DNA from: Alphaproteobacteria bacterium
GTDB lineage: Bacteria; Pseudomonadota; Alphaproteobacteria; Rs-D84
Direction: 5' to 3'
Assembly: GCA_017549445.1 (NCBI GenBank)
Contig: JAFYUU010000019.1
Coordinates: forward strand, 1,114-65,113
Length of the DNA stretch: 64,000 nucleotides
The number at the start of each line of letters is the position of its first letter. The first letter of the stretch is position 1. The notes beneath the pieces are model-generated. The model did no database searches. It was not told the origin of the DNA and worked only from the letters and a program-made list of their open reading frames with translations. Both the position numbers and the translations under genes were made by a program. Below, in pieces: positions 36,801 through 45,042 of this stretch.

Positions 36801-38147
36801 AAGGTTTCGTGTCCATCGTCACACCCAAGTTCTGATGCACAGAACAGCGATAAAAACAAGTGCTATACCAGTTGTAAAACCAGTGCCGTGGCAAATTCGG
36901 TCACCGTGTCGGGACGTGATTACTTTGGTATTGCGGACACTTGTCAGGCAACAAAGTGCGAGGCAGGATATTATCTGCAAGACGGGAAATGTGTGTCCTG
37001 TCCAGAAGGCGAAGTTTGCGATGGAAAAACACGCAAGACGTGTTCGGAATTGACAAACGGCAAATACACATTGAGTGACGGTATGGCCAGCAGTGCAGAT
37101 GACTGCTATGCGGTTTGCACAACAAGTGATATTGCACATTCTTCTTCGGTCAGCGGACGCAAGACCTTGAAGAATCCAAATGCATGTGTGCTGAACAAAT
37201 GCGTGCCGGGTTATCAAAAGGTTGGAAACGTGTGCGAACAGTGTTCAGAAGGAAACTGGTGCCCAGGGGACGAAACTGAAAATTCTTGTCCTGATTCTCA
37301 TCCGCTGTCCAATGCGGGGGCCAGTGCGGAATCACAGTGCTTTAAGGAATGTGAATCATATATGGAATATGGTTGCACCGCAATTCCAAAGAACGAAACC
37401 GAATATCATCCAAATGAATGTTCGTATCGATATGAATCCGAAACAGGCAATCCAAGTGTCATCAAAAATGGCAAGTGTGTAGAAACTGCATGCAAACCAA
37501 ACTATGAAATGATAAATGGAAAGTGCCAGTTGTGTAATCGTGAAAATGCGTTGACGTATTTGCCAGAAGGAAACTGTCGCATTGAAACATGCATGTCTGG
37601 CTATCATCCAAATGGTGAACGTTGCGATTCAGACGTGGCCGAATGTCGGGCACCCAAGGCAACGGTTGCGTTGCAATCATGGGATTACACATTAAAGGCA
37701 TACGGTGTTTGTGTTATCTATGCATGCGAAGACGGATATCATATCGCATCAAACACATGCGTGGCGGATGTGCAAGAATGTTCTGTGGAAAATGGTGTTG
37801 GGGTTAAAGAGTGGAACTGGGCCACGGGTGGCTGGGGCGAATGCGAAGCCACACATTGCAACCCAGGATTTACAAACGACCCTGCCCTGACCAATGAAAG
37901 AACCAAGCAGTGCGGACACTGTAAAAACAAATTCAGTGTCAAAGGCGAAATCGCAGTCAGCAGTTATGTCGAAGAATGTGAAATCGCATCGTGCATGTAT
38001 CAGGGCGAAATGTATAATCTGGATAACAACGAATGTCATCCAATATGTGACGTGAATGGATACGAAGACGAAACGGGTTATATGAAATGGAACCCATCAC
38101 GCAGAAAGTGTGAACGCACCTGCAAAGAAGGGTATTCAATGTGGTAA
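30861..38147 (+). CDS. giant secreted surface protein: Listeria/Bacteroides-type (Flg_new-like) repeats plus Cys-rich furin/VSP/GCC2_GCC3-like tandem repeats
   Basis: 2428 aa. Signal peptide MGKLRRFLGLFVCFMTLIFASNSFA. At least six units of the type YTVEFNANGGSG...RDGYTFKGWS...TLYAIWE lie at about 31167..35045. About 1000 aa of CxxC-rich repeats follow (CVECEEGDYCDGNESEPCPSSHPNSDAQNSDKNMCYADCTT...). Confidence 0.8.
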   Translation: MGKLRRFLGLFVCFMTLIFASNSFAAGYTCPDLKKYISCNTNKHLTSTEVGNSCVDCPDNSVSDGTTTYCTCNTGYENPDGIEQGQVVNGEKCTIKSAPSTMYYLTLEANGGAIDISGFDNCSATDTGAKCSCTNGVCNLPATSAMTRDGYQALGWAKSSSATSAEYTTEITILADTTLYAVWDGSCEEVAVYYEEGNQGNNPDKLYMKNELTKVTFYSDASCSTQFTKFPSDPTPTGYDFYGFYTASNVLGTKHFDTDLTWVESAGGHAINDSKALYAVFLECKYTVEFNANGGSGTKTSEEWTYGITHDIPENPFTRDGYTFKGWSNEPDGEIYTITIPSLATTCGDTVTLYAIWEENEDDKITITFSCGEGQELQTLPESFKVDFDEEFTIDLDPADYCKRDGYHLQTQEEDNGTYARTWNLTTNTGKSRTLTLSNNSESYNSLSNPGLTSVTVTPYYEPNFIYMKYTVNNKDRLILSHLGEDFELGDVIPSCIYGKTFTFAELSSDAYESYGPWVRNENGKAYQQGQTINCTYEELGVYGGFMSQSFYDGRNSKWIMNDGTLIDSADGNYADRYEATFNATAVPRKFNITYELNGGTNNSENPNTYDVETVVKFKTPTRANSDFVGWYKESTFATDIANTSAVMGDLTLYAKWTCKDGYNANADNTACVSNAVTVKYAVSDTRHWNNWVAPSSPTECPVGGACTIPEPVSETASGYAFKEWRCTLTNGADCGTFRPGDTLTASADWVAASQEITLTAYTRSTTYVVQVYGGAGTYKAFNCTYGVDCNLNSLVSQVGADSSKLIGLVCQNTVNQIPDVCETGMSIPLGTVWNLPHSVKGDDDTIKLNLNVGLVYQCSRGQYLVAPSSTSAMSCAACPKNSYCGGQDGNGTDTEANYQFAYMNSDKYKTSCATATNNVYSYTEGTDSYSVNQCYRNCTSDDVPTGQKLTGGTLFADGSGTCEYECVDGYYCPPDADPVECPEDDKGRSVRSPANATSAADCFVECEDLDGVSADKVIINYENDSYPACEYSGIDCPDGQHLNDAKDGCVANTFTVQFDNGDGATGTMNSVLVTYNDGTVAPKHGFTVPQPAGSQEFVQWSCASKYGSCGTVMPGENISTITDVHDDVITLTAIWEAVTFTITYDKNASDATAGEPATAQVKYGDMFPELDLRPTRAGYSFGGYYPSTSCSNGLPGAYLANGQPNAQFLETKDITLYACWIACAPGSFCGPDTPDEQGCPSDDEGRKVSSPAGATQSSDCFVQCFDGTVDNGSYSPVADEIHYANGKYASCEYNVSCNGGYHANGLACDANVFNVKYSAGSGTGTGPASPLQCTYGQNCPAPSNTYTYPGFVFTNWACTLADGSSCGNVEAGDDISTKTQVENATITLTAQWQAMGDGVCYAGMYFDGSAMVTCPQGSFCDGSGTYPNCHIETCDSGYNTDGTGAKGESSCKKQSVASCVLPASCPDGVAKCEFDTDDTYECTMVQGTAGCTPNAGVDTACPLIVPENPDPTDPEITCSAGYYFDPSDKESPCKKCSELGGGFTLSANGNFAGPGVCYKVCSEDCPECPQNQVCNSGNWGNTLSGKQYYNTTRCVLDNGEQCGNGSGDVACNPGFYPVNGVCVECEEGDYCDGNESEPCPSSHPNSDAQNSDKNMCYADCTTNDVTNSTSVSGIKYYGGDNTCQATMCKAGFYLEKGKCVSCPENEVCDGETRKTCSELTGGEFPLGTANNGDKNKCYRECSTSDLPDADPDAITGNVYADGTKTCSASGCQPGHYPDGNGGCTDCEPGDYCDGNESVSCPPDYPKSDANAESVNDCYADCTTTDIANSATVSGIKYYNQPKQCKLGRCQSGYKPVNNTCEKCGEGEICDGGEDTTCQPGYYPNGNGGCVECEPGNVCDGKGKTACPSSHPNSAAKNSDKNKCYTNCTSADIPNAGTVSGIKYYDGTNTCSASGCQSGYYPKGGECLPCEPGNVCDGKGKVSCPSSHPSSDAQNSDKNKCYTSCKTSAVANSVTVSGRDYFGIADTCQATKCEAGYYLQDGKCVSCPEGEVCDGKTRKTCSELTNGKYTLSDGMASSADDCYAVCTTSDIAHSSSVSGRKTLKNPNACVLNKCVPGYQKVGNVCEQCSEGNWCPGDETENSCPDSHPLSNAGASAESQCFKECESYMEYGCTAIPKNETEYHPNECSYRYESETGNPSVIKNGKCVETACKPNYEMINGKCQLCNRENALTYLPEGNCRIETCMSGYHPNGERCDSDVAECRAPKATVALQSWDYTLKAYGVCVIYACEDGYHIASNTCVADVQECSVENGVGVKEWNWATGGWGECEATHCNPGFTNDPALTNERTKQCGHCKNKFSVKGEIAVSSYVEECEIASCMYQGEMYNLDNNECHPICDVNGYEDETGYMKWNPSRRKCERTCKEGYSMW
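35727..37300 (+). repeat. DNA-level tandem/interspersed repeats inside the giant gene
   Basis: The 28-mer GGCGATTACTGTGATGGAAATGAATCCG is identical at 35745-35772 and 36228-36255. Near-identical stretches of about 65 nt start near 35958 and 36990. Repeat units start at 35727, 36210, about 36529 and about 36760. Confidence 0.75.
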
Positions 38148-38152
38148 GAATA

Positions 38153-38177
38153 AATCCCCCGAATGTGGGGGATTTTT
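38153..38177 (+). terminator. rho-independent terminator of giant gene
   Basis: AATCCCCC-GAATGT-GGGGGATT followed by TTT. Confidence 0.75.
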
Positions 38178-38367
38178 ATATTGAATTTCCAAATTGTCGG
38201 TTTTATAATATCGGTATGTTTATTAAATTTGTTATCTTTTCGGAAAATCGTTGCTGGCGTATCTGAACGCCAAGGTATTTTATATTCCCAATCGCCCATG
38301 GGAAAAATTTGGGCTTTCATTTCAGTAAAAAAATCATTAAAATTGAGAACAAGAAAAGGTAATTCTT

Positions 38368-39360
38368 ATGTCAGAAAAAGTTGTTTTAACGGGCATTAAA
38401 CCAACAGGTATGCCACACTTGGGAAATTATATCGGTGCATTAAAGCCACTGATTGAACAGTCACATACGCAAAAAACATTTATGTTTATTGCGGATTTGC
38501 ATGCGTTGAATACCATACACGATGCAAAACAGATTAAACAGCACACATATGAAATCGCCGGAATGTTGGTGGCATTGGGGCTGAATCTGGATAATGCGGT
38601 TCTGTTCCGGCAAAGCGATATTGACGAGATTTATAAATTAAATACTTTCTTGATGAATGTCACACCAAAGGGACTGATGAACCGGGCACATTCTTATAAG
38701 GCATCGGTGGACAGAAACGTCGCAAATGGTCTGGACGTGGATGCAGGGGTCAATATGGGATTGTTCACGTATCCTATACTGATGAGTGCGGATATTCTGC
38801 TGTATAACGCAGACATTGTTCCAGTTGGGGCCGATCAAAAGCAACACGTGGAATTTGCACGTGATATCGCTGGATACTTTAATAACATCTATGGCGACAC
38901 GTTCAAGATGCCAGAGCCAGTTATCGGCGAAGAAACAGGACTTATCCCCGGGTTGGATGGTCGCAAGATGAGCAAATCGTATGACAACACAATTGCACTG
39001 TTCGCACCAGAAAAAGAATTAAAGAAAAAGATTATGCGTATCATCACGGATTCTAAAACACCAGAAGAAGCAAAAAATCCTGATGAATCCACAATCTTTC
39101 AGTTGTATAAACACTTTGCAACAGATGCGGAAATTGCAGAATTTGCCCAGATGTTCCGTGCAGGTGGTATGGGATACGGAACCGCAAAAACAATCCTGTT
39201 TGACAAGGTGAATTCAGTGCTGGCCGGGCCACGGGCGGAATATGAACGCCTGATGGCAAACACAGACGAGATTGAAAAAATCTTGGCCGATGGTGCGTGC
39301 AAGGCACGGGTTGTCGCCCAGGAAACACTTGGTCGGGTTAAACGGGCTATGCTGGGGTAA
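38368..39360 (+). CDS. trpS: tryptophan--tRNA ligase
   Basis: 330 aa. The KPTGMPHLGNYIGAL region is HIGH-like, and KMSKS is present. Confidence 0.9.
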   Translation: MSEKVVLTGIKPTGMPHLGNYIGALKPLIEQSHTQKTFMFIADLHALNTIHDAKQIKQHTYEIAGMLVALGLNLDNAVLFRQSDIDEIYKLNTFLMNVTPKGLMNRAHSYKASVDRNVANGLDVDAGVNMGLFTYPILMSADILLYNADIVPVGADQKQHVEFARDIAGYFNNIYGDTFKMPEPVIGEETGLIPGLDGRKMSKSYDNTIALFAPEKELKKKIMRIITDSKTPEEAKNPDESTIFQLYKHFATDAEIAEFAQMFRAGGMGYGTAKTILFDKVNSVLAGPRAEYERLMANTDEIEKILADGACKARVVAQETLGRVKRAMLG

Positions 39361-39391
39361 TCAAATACAAAAAACACAAGGGAGAGAAGAA

Positions 39392-40132
39392 ATGAAAAAA
39401 GCGTTGATTTGGATTGGAACCGTTATTGGGGCGGGTGCGGTTTTGGCACTGGTTATCGGGGCGTTGGAAAATCGGGAAATGCCACGCACGATTACCGTGA
39501 ACGGGGAATGTCTGACAACCGTTAAAAAAGACAAGGTGGCAATTACGTTGCGTGTGACAACGGTGGCACCAACGTCTGCGGAATCTATGCGGTTGGCAAC
39601 CGCACAGGTGGCCGAGATTACCAAGCGGTTGGAAAATCAGCCAGTGGAAATGCAAACAATCCAGTTCAATTCTTATGAAAAGACAGAATGGAATCGGGAA
39701 GAACAAAAATCCGTCACCCTGGGGATTGAGACAACCATCGCCGTCGAGGTGTCCGCAAACGATATTGAACAAATTGAAAATGTGCTGAACGAATTTGCAG
39801 GTATGCCAAATGTGTTCTCGGAAAATTTGCGTATGTTCACCAGTCCTGCCGTTATGAAACCTGTGTTGGAAGAATGTCTGGGGGTGGCGACACAAAATGC
39901 ACGTGAACGGGCACATGCGTTGGCCAGCGGCGATGGAAAAAAGGCCGGAAAAATGCTGTCGGTGGCGTATGGTCGCAGTATAAATGATTCTGTTTATTCA
40001 ACAACTAATTTAATGCGGGGGGCAAAAATGGCCGTGATGGAGGCCGCCAGTGCCATGGATACAGGCGGAACAATTGTTGCCAAGGATACAGAAGTGTCCG
40101 TCACAGTTTCCGCAGTGTTCGAAATAAAATAA
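39392..40132 (+). CDS. SIMPL/DUF541-family periplasmic protein
   Basis: Start at MKKALIWIGTVIGAGAVLALV, after a GGGAGAG RBS. The track ORF 39272.. overlaps trpS. The overall pattern is like 26-kDa periplasmic immunogenic proteins. Confidence 0.55.
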   Translation: MKKALIWIGTVIGAGAVLALVIGALENREMPRTITVNGECLTTVKKDKVAITLRVTTVAPTSAESMRLATAQVAEITKRLENQPVEMQTIQFNSYEKTEWNREEQKSVTLGIETTIAVEVSANDIEQIENVLNEFAGMPNVFSENLRMFTSPAVMKPVLEECLGVATQNARERAHALASGDGKKAGKMLSVAYGRSINDSVYSTTNLMRGAKMAVMEAASAMDTGGTIVAKDTEVSVTVSAVFEIK

Positions 40133-40139
40133 CAGTCAA

Positions 40140-41054
40140 ATGAAAAACGCCATCGCCGATTTTATAACATACCTAACTGATGTCAGGAACTATTCCCAAC
40201 ATACGGCGGTGGCGTATGAAAATGATATTTGGGACTTTGTAGCGTTCTATAAAAAATTTACCAGCAACGATGTATTGCCGGACGATTTGGCACGGGTGGA
40301 CACACTGTGTCTGCGGTCGTTTTTGGCAGACAGACAGCGACGGGGGTTGGCACACAAATCAACCGCACGGACTTTGTCTTCGTTGCGTGGGTTTTATAAA
40401 TTCTTGGCCAAAACACGTGGGATTAAAAATGATGCAATTGGGCTGATTTCTTCGCCAAAGGTGCCACGCAAACTGTCCAAGGCAATTTCCCCGATTGATG
40501 TTGAAAATATGCATGATGCAATCCGTGAAATTGATTCAAAAAATCCATGGATTGCCAAACGAGATTGGGCATTGGTAATGTTGCTGTTTGGGTGCGGTCT
40601 GCGTATTTCCGAGGCGTTATCACTGAAAAATTCAGATGTTTCAGGGCGGGTTGATGTCCTGCGGATTGTGGGAAAAGGTAAAAAAGAACGCCTGGTGCCG
40701 GTGTTGCCTGCGGTGTGGTCGGCAATAGAAGAATATATCAATGTGCGACCGTTTGGTAATGCACCAGATGACGAACTGTTCCGCAGTGTGCGTGGTCTGC
40801 CGATGTCGGCACGTATGGCGGAAAAAGTGGTGGAACAACTGCGATGCTATCTGCAATTACCGGATTATGTGACACCGCACGCACTGCGACATACTTTTGC
40901 GACGGCCCTGTTGTCGGGTGGGGCGGATTTACGCAGTTTACAGGAATTATTAGGCCATTCTTCGCTGTCCACGACACAGTTATACACACGGGTCAATATG
41001 GCCGAGATATCAAATATCTATGCCAGTGCCCACCCCCGTGCAAAACGGGATTGA
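40140..41054 (+). CDS. XerC/XerD-family tyrosine recombinase
   Basis: 304 aa. Contains ARTLSSLRGFYKFL, GLRISEAL and HALRHTFATALLSGGADLRSLQELLGHSSLSTTQLYTRV. Confidence 0.85.
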   Translation: MKNAIADFITYLTDVRNYSQHTAVAYENDIWDFVAFYKKFTSNDVLPDDLARVDTLCLRSFLADRQRRGLAHKSTARTLSSLRGFYKFLAKTRGIKNDAIGLISSPKVPRKLSKAISPIDVENMHDAIREIDSKNPWIAKRDWALVMLLFGCGLRISEALSLKNSDVSGRVDVLRIVGKGKKERLVPVLPAVWSAIEEYINVRPFGNAPDDELFRSVRGLPMSARMAEKVVEQLRCYLQLPDYVTPHALRHTFATALLSGGADLRSLQELLGHSSLSTTQLYTRVNMAEISNIYASAHPRAKRD

Positions 41055-41070
41055 ATGTTATTATGACAAA

Positions 41071-41107
41071 AGACCCTGCGTAATGCAGGGTCTTTTGCCT
41101 TTTTTTC
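41071..41107. terminator. bidirectional terminator (xer / rpsD)
   Basis: AGACCCTGC-GTAAT-GCAGGGTCT followed by TTTGCCTTTTTTT. Confidence 0.7.
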
Positions 41108-41122
41108 CCACCTCGTCCTGAT

Positions 41123-41755
41123 TTAACGAGAATAGAATTCGACGACCAATTCCGGGAACATCTGAACCGGATATGGAACGTCTGCGAACGCAGGAACACG
41201 AACATATGTCGCAGTGAAGTTCGCACTGTCAACATTTACATAGTCCGCAAAGTTGCGTTCCGCAGATTCCAATGCCAATACGACCAATGGCATCTGTTTG
41301 GCTTTTTCACTGACCGTGATAACGTCGCCTGGTTTCACCTGATATGATGCAACCTTGACACGTTTGCCATTTACATTGATGTGGCCGTGGCTTATCAACT
41401 GGCGTGAAGAGAATACAGTTGGTGCCAATTTAGCACGATATACAACCGCATCCAAACGACGTTCCAATAAACCAATCAGGTTTTCTGGGGTGTCGCCCTT
41501 CATATTGGTCGCTTCGATGTAGTATTTACGGAACTTCTTTTCACCGATGTTGCCATAATAACCCTTTAAGGTTTGTTTTGCACGCATCTGTTTTGCATAG
41601 TCCGAATTATTACCACCACGTGATGTTGGTCCATGCTGGCCAGGTTTGTATTTACGTTTGTTGAACGGAGATTTCGCCTGACCCCACAGGTTCACACCCA
41701 GTGAGCGTCCGATTTTCAATTTGCGCGTGTTACGTTTTGCGCCTGCTCTTGCCAT
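41123..41755 (-). CDS. rpsD: 30S ribosomal protein S4
   Basis: Start at [25 protein letters not shown]. An S4 RNA-binding domain is present ([34 protein letters not shown]). Confidence 0.9.
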   Translation of the reverse strand: MARAGAKRNTRKLKIGRSLGVNLWGQAKSPFNKRKYKPGQHGPTSRGGNNSDYAKQMRAKQTLKGYYGNIGEKKFRKYYIEATNMKGDTPENLIGLLERRLDAVVYRAKLAPTVFSSRQLISHGHINVNGKRVKVASYQVKPGDVITVSEKAKQMPLVVLALESAERNFADYVNVDSANFTATYVRVPAFADVPYPVQMFPELVVEFYSR

Positions 41756-41873
41756 AGTTTGTTTCCTTTGTTTTGGTTTTACGGTGCCGGGTGTTGATAA
41801 CAGAATCCTTATCACAAACGGGACAAAACAGCACCGTTGTTTAGTCAGTTCTGATTACCCAGCGGGGATTACT

Positions 41874-42752
41874 TTACATCTTTCTTCCACGAAAATCAAG
41901 TATTTTCTGCAATGAAGCAAAGTTGCTTATACCACAATTTTGGGTCATGATGTATGCATCGTCCATGCAACAGCCCAATTGATCAACATGATGGGCATCA
42001 TCGCTGAAAAACATGGGGACGTGATACAGTTTCGCTAATTCTAAAATTTTGGGGCCAGGATATGGTTCGCCCGTGCCAATTTTATAGCCACTGGTGTTGA
42101 TTTCAATGGGGGTTCTGGATTCGGCAATGGCGACAATGGTGTCTTCCCATTCGCCTGCCCATTTCTTTTTCAGGCCCAGTCCCTTTTTCTTGGGTAAATC
42201 AATGTGGGCCAAGAAATTAAACATCCCTGCCCCAGCCAGACGGCGAACGTTTGACCAATAAATCTTTAACATTTCGTCCTGGGTCTTGTCGTCCAGAATC
42301 GCCATGTCGTGAACGTTGCAAACAGTGCCGGCATATTCTACAAAGTGAGCCGAGCCGATTAGATAGTCGGGCTTTAATATCTCGCACGCACGGGCAAAGC
42401 CGTCCGCCCATTGTGGGGTTGGGAAATAGTCCACCTCTAGCCCACGCAGGATTTGCATATCCGGGTTCTTGTCACGCAACTGTTCCAATTCGGCATAGTG
42501 TGGGATAAACTTGGCCAGGGCTTCGTCAAAATCAGACGAATACATTGATGAATAGCCACCCGCAACAGACGCACCGTATAACTTGGTCCGTTTAATCATG
42601 GGGTGAACAATAAAGTGGTTCGATATACCAATAGTGCGAAACCCCACCGCACGGGCACGGTCAATCATTTCAGCAGATGAATTGCGACCGTCAAATTCGT
42701 GCGTGTGGGTGTGTATGGTAAAATCTTGTTGATTCAAAAACTTGATAGACAT
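41874..42752 (-). CDS. PHP-domain histidinol-phosphatase-family hydrolase
   Basis: 292 aa. IHTHTHEFDGRNS and ...SDDAHH are PHP metal-ligand motifs. Confidence 0.7.
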   Translation of the reverse strand: MSIKFLNQQDFTIHTHTHEFDGRNSSAEMIDRARAVGFRTIGISNHFIVHPMIKRTKLYGASVAGGYSSMYSSDFDEALAKFIPHYAELEQLRDKNPDMQILRGLEVDYFPTPQWADGFARACEILKPDYLIGSAHFVEYAGTVCNVHDMAILDDKTQDEMLKIYWSNVRRLAGAGMFNFLAHIDLPKKKGLGLKKKWAGEWEDTIVAIAESRTPIEINTSGYKIGTGEPYPGPKILELAKLYHVPMFFSDDAHHVDQLGCCMDDAYIMTQNCGISNFASLQKILDFRGRKM

Positions 42753-42755
42753 TTG

Positions 42756-43295
42756 TTAAAACTTTACCTGGGGTGCGGTGCGTTCGCTGTCCGCAATTTC
42801 GAACATCTTTTCTGGCAAAACACCAAACATACGGGCAATCAGATTCGATGGGAACTGTTCAATTTGCGTGTTCAGACCCATGACGACCGTATTATAAAAC
42901 TGGCGGGTGGCCTGAATCTTGTCTTCGGTGTCGGTGATTTCACGTTGTAATTCTACGAAATTTTGGTTTGCCTTTAAATCAGGATAACTTTCGGCAACGG
43001 CAAATAAACTTTTTAACGTCTGGGTCAGACGGTTTTCTGCATCGGCCTTGGACGGGCCAGACATCGTCATTGCAGAGTTGCGGGCCGTTATTACTGCATC
43101 CAACGTTTCACGTTCATGCTGGGCAGAACCACGGACGGTTTCAACCAAATTTGGAATTAAATCATAGCGACGCTTTAATTGTGTGTCGATGGTGGCCCAG
43201 GCCTCACGCACTTGGTTTCGACGGGCAACCAGACCGTTATACACAGCAATAATATACAATAAAACAATAGCAGTAATCGCAATCGCAGTCCACAT
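42756..43295 (-). CDS. LemA family protein
   Basis: 179 aa. An N-terminal TM helix is followed by YNGLVARRNQVREAWATIDTQLKRRYDLIPNLVETV. Confidence 0.85.
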   Translation of the reverse strand: MWTAIAITAIVLLYIIAVYNGLVARRNQVREAWATIDTQLKRRYDLIPNLVETVRGSAQHERETLDAVITARNSAMTMSGPSKADAENRLTQTLKSLFAVAESYPDLKANQNFVELQREITDTEDKIQATRQFYNTVVMGLNTQIEQFPSNLIARMFGVLPEKMFEIADSERTAPQVKF

Positions 43296-43396
43296 TTTCT
43301 ATCCTTTTGGTTTTTGACACGTCTATTGTAATGCGGTTTTTGCATTTTTCAACGTTTATCTTGGCATATTGAATTTTTTGATATACTATTAAAGTC

Positions 43397-44554
43397 ATGA
43401 AAAAATATGATGTGATTATTATTGGTGCCGGGGCATCTGGCCTGACCGTGGGGGCGAATGCGTCAAAACGTGGTCGCAAGACAGCGATACTGGAAATGGG
43501 CGGTCAACCCGCACGCAAGGTTGCACTGTCTGGCGGTGGGCGGTGCAATATTACAAATATGGCCGTGGGGGTTGACAGATACTTTGGCAATAATCCACAG
43601 TTTGTGCGTGGTGCACTGAGCCGTGTTCGACCCACTGATGTTTTGCAGTGGATGAAACAGCACAATCTGGGGACGGTTGAAAAAGCCCCGGGACAATACT
43701 TTTGTGCAGATGGGGCAGATGCGGTGGTAGACGCACTGGTGCAAGATGCACAAGGGGCCGACATATTTTATAACACAGACATTAAATCCGTGCAGAAAAC
43801 AGACGGTCTTTTTATTGTGCAGACCAACAAAGATGTATTTACGTCACAATCACTGGTGGTGGCCAGTGGGGGAATATCTTTTCCCGTTGCAGGGGTAAGC
43901 GACATAGGATACAAAATCGCAAAACAATTTGGACACAGGGTTGAACCAATTCGCCCTGCCCTGTGTGCGATGAAGGTGGACTGTTTCGGCAGTGAATTGG
44001 CAGGCGTGTCAATAGACGTTGAAGTAAAAGTTGGCAAGCAAGTTATTTCCGATACATTGTTATTCACACACTTTGGCATTGGGGGGCCGGCCATTTATCG
44101 GGCCAGTGTGCGTGATTTTTCAGATGGAATTACGATAAACTTTTGCCCCAAAATTGATTTAGCAGTGGAAATTCGCAAAGCAAAACATATAAATGGTAAA
44201 AAATCTATGTCAGGGTGGTTAAGTCAATATATCCCTGCACGAATTGCCAAGTTTTTCACAGGTAAAAATGATAAAAATATCGCCGATTGGAACAATAAAG
44301 AAATAAATTTTCTGGTTAAACAGTTATCACAATTTGTAATTGGTGCAGACAAAATAAAACTGCACAACCTGCAAAGTGCCGAGATTGTTCGGGGTGGCGT
44401 TGATGTGGCCGATATATCGTCCAAGACAATGGAATCAAAACTGTGTCCAGGGTTGTTCTGGGTTGGCGAAGTTATGGATATATCGGGCGATTTGGGCGGA
44501 TTTAATCTGCACTGGGCATGGGCCAGTGGGGTGGTTGCAGGACAAAATGCATAA
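43397..44554 (+). CDS. NAD(P)/FAD-dependent oxidoreductase, HI0933/BaiN family
   Basis: 385 aa. Contains YDVIIIGAGASGL and GGGRCNITN, and ends ...GGFNLHWAWASG. Confidence 0.8.
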   Translation: MKKYDVIIIGAGASGLTVGANASKRGRKTAILEMGGQPARKVALSGGGRCNITNMAVGVDRYFGNNPQFVRGALSRVRPTDVLQWMKQHNLGTVEKAPGQYFCADGADAVVDALVQDAQGADIFYNTDIKSVQKTDGLFIVQTNKDVFTSQSLVVASGGISFPVAGVSDIGYKIAKQFGHRVEPIRPALCAMKVDCFGSELAGVSIDVEVKVGKQVISDTLLFTHFGIGGPAIYRASVRDFSDGITINFCPKIDLAVEIRKAKHINGKKSMSGWLSQYIPARIAKFFTGKNDKNIADWNNKEINFLVKQLSQFVIGADKIKLHNLQSAEIVRGGVDVADISSKTMESKLCPGLFWVGEVMDISGDLGGFNLHWAWASGVVAGQNA

Positions 44555-44560
44555 AAAATT

Positions 44561-44581
44561 AGTCCGAATATTATTCGGACT
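44561..44581. terminator. bidirectional hairpin between convergent genes
   Basis: AGTCCGAA-TATTA-TTCGGACT. It overlaps the stop of the minus-strand lipoprotein gene. Confidence 0.5.
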
Positions 44582-44963
44582 GTAAAATAAAGGCATTTGT
44601 GTCTTCGATGATTAAATCTGGTTCATCATCAAATGTTTTGTCACCCGTCCAGACGTAATAATTGTATCTCTTTTCTGGGGCACCGACAACGTGCAGTAAT
44701 GTCCGCTGGGTTTCCAGGGCCAAATCGTTGTCATTTGGTGTGTCGTATGCGATTTTTGTTCCACCAACACGATTGGCAGGGATATAACGACCGCTGGACA
44801 AATAGCGTGGTGCAAATTCATCTGTATCGCCCATGCAAATCATTACATTATCAACAACACGACAACCCGTGGCATCTGGATCCAGATAGCCCATTTCTTG
44901 GTCCGAGCCAGACGTACATCCGGCCAAAGACAGCAATAAAATTGCGAATAAACTTTTTCTCAT
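44571..44963 (-). CDS. lipoprotein, function unknown
   Basis: 130 aa with the lipobox MRKSLFAILLLSLAGC. Confidence 0.6.
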   Translation of the reverse strand: MRKSLFAILLLSLAGCTSGSDQEMGYLDPDATGCRVVDNVMICMGDTDEFAPRYLSSGRYIPANRVGGTKIAYDTPNDNDLALETQRTLLHVVGAPEKRYNYYVWTGDKTFDDEPDLIIEDTNAFILQSE

Positions 44964-45007
44964 ACGTCTATTATATCACATTTTTGATAATAAAAAAATC
45001 CTTTTTA

Positions 45008-45036
45008 ATAAAAAAGTCCGCCCAATTGGACGGACT
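45008..45036 (-). terminator. terminator of DUF2130 gene
   Basis: AGTCCG...CGGACT hairpin with a T-run on the minus strand. Confidence 0.55.
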
Positions 45037-45042
45037 TGTGAT

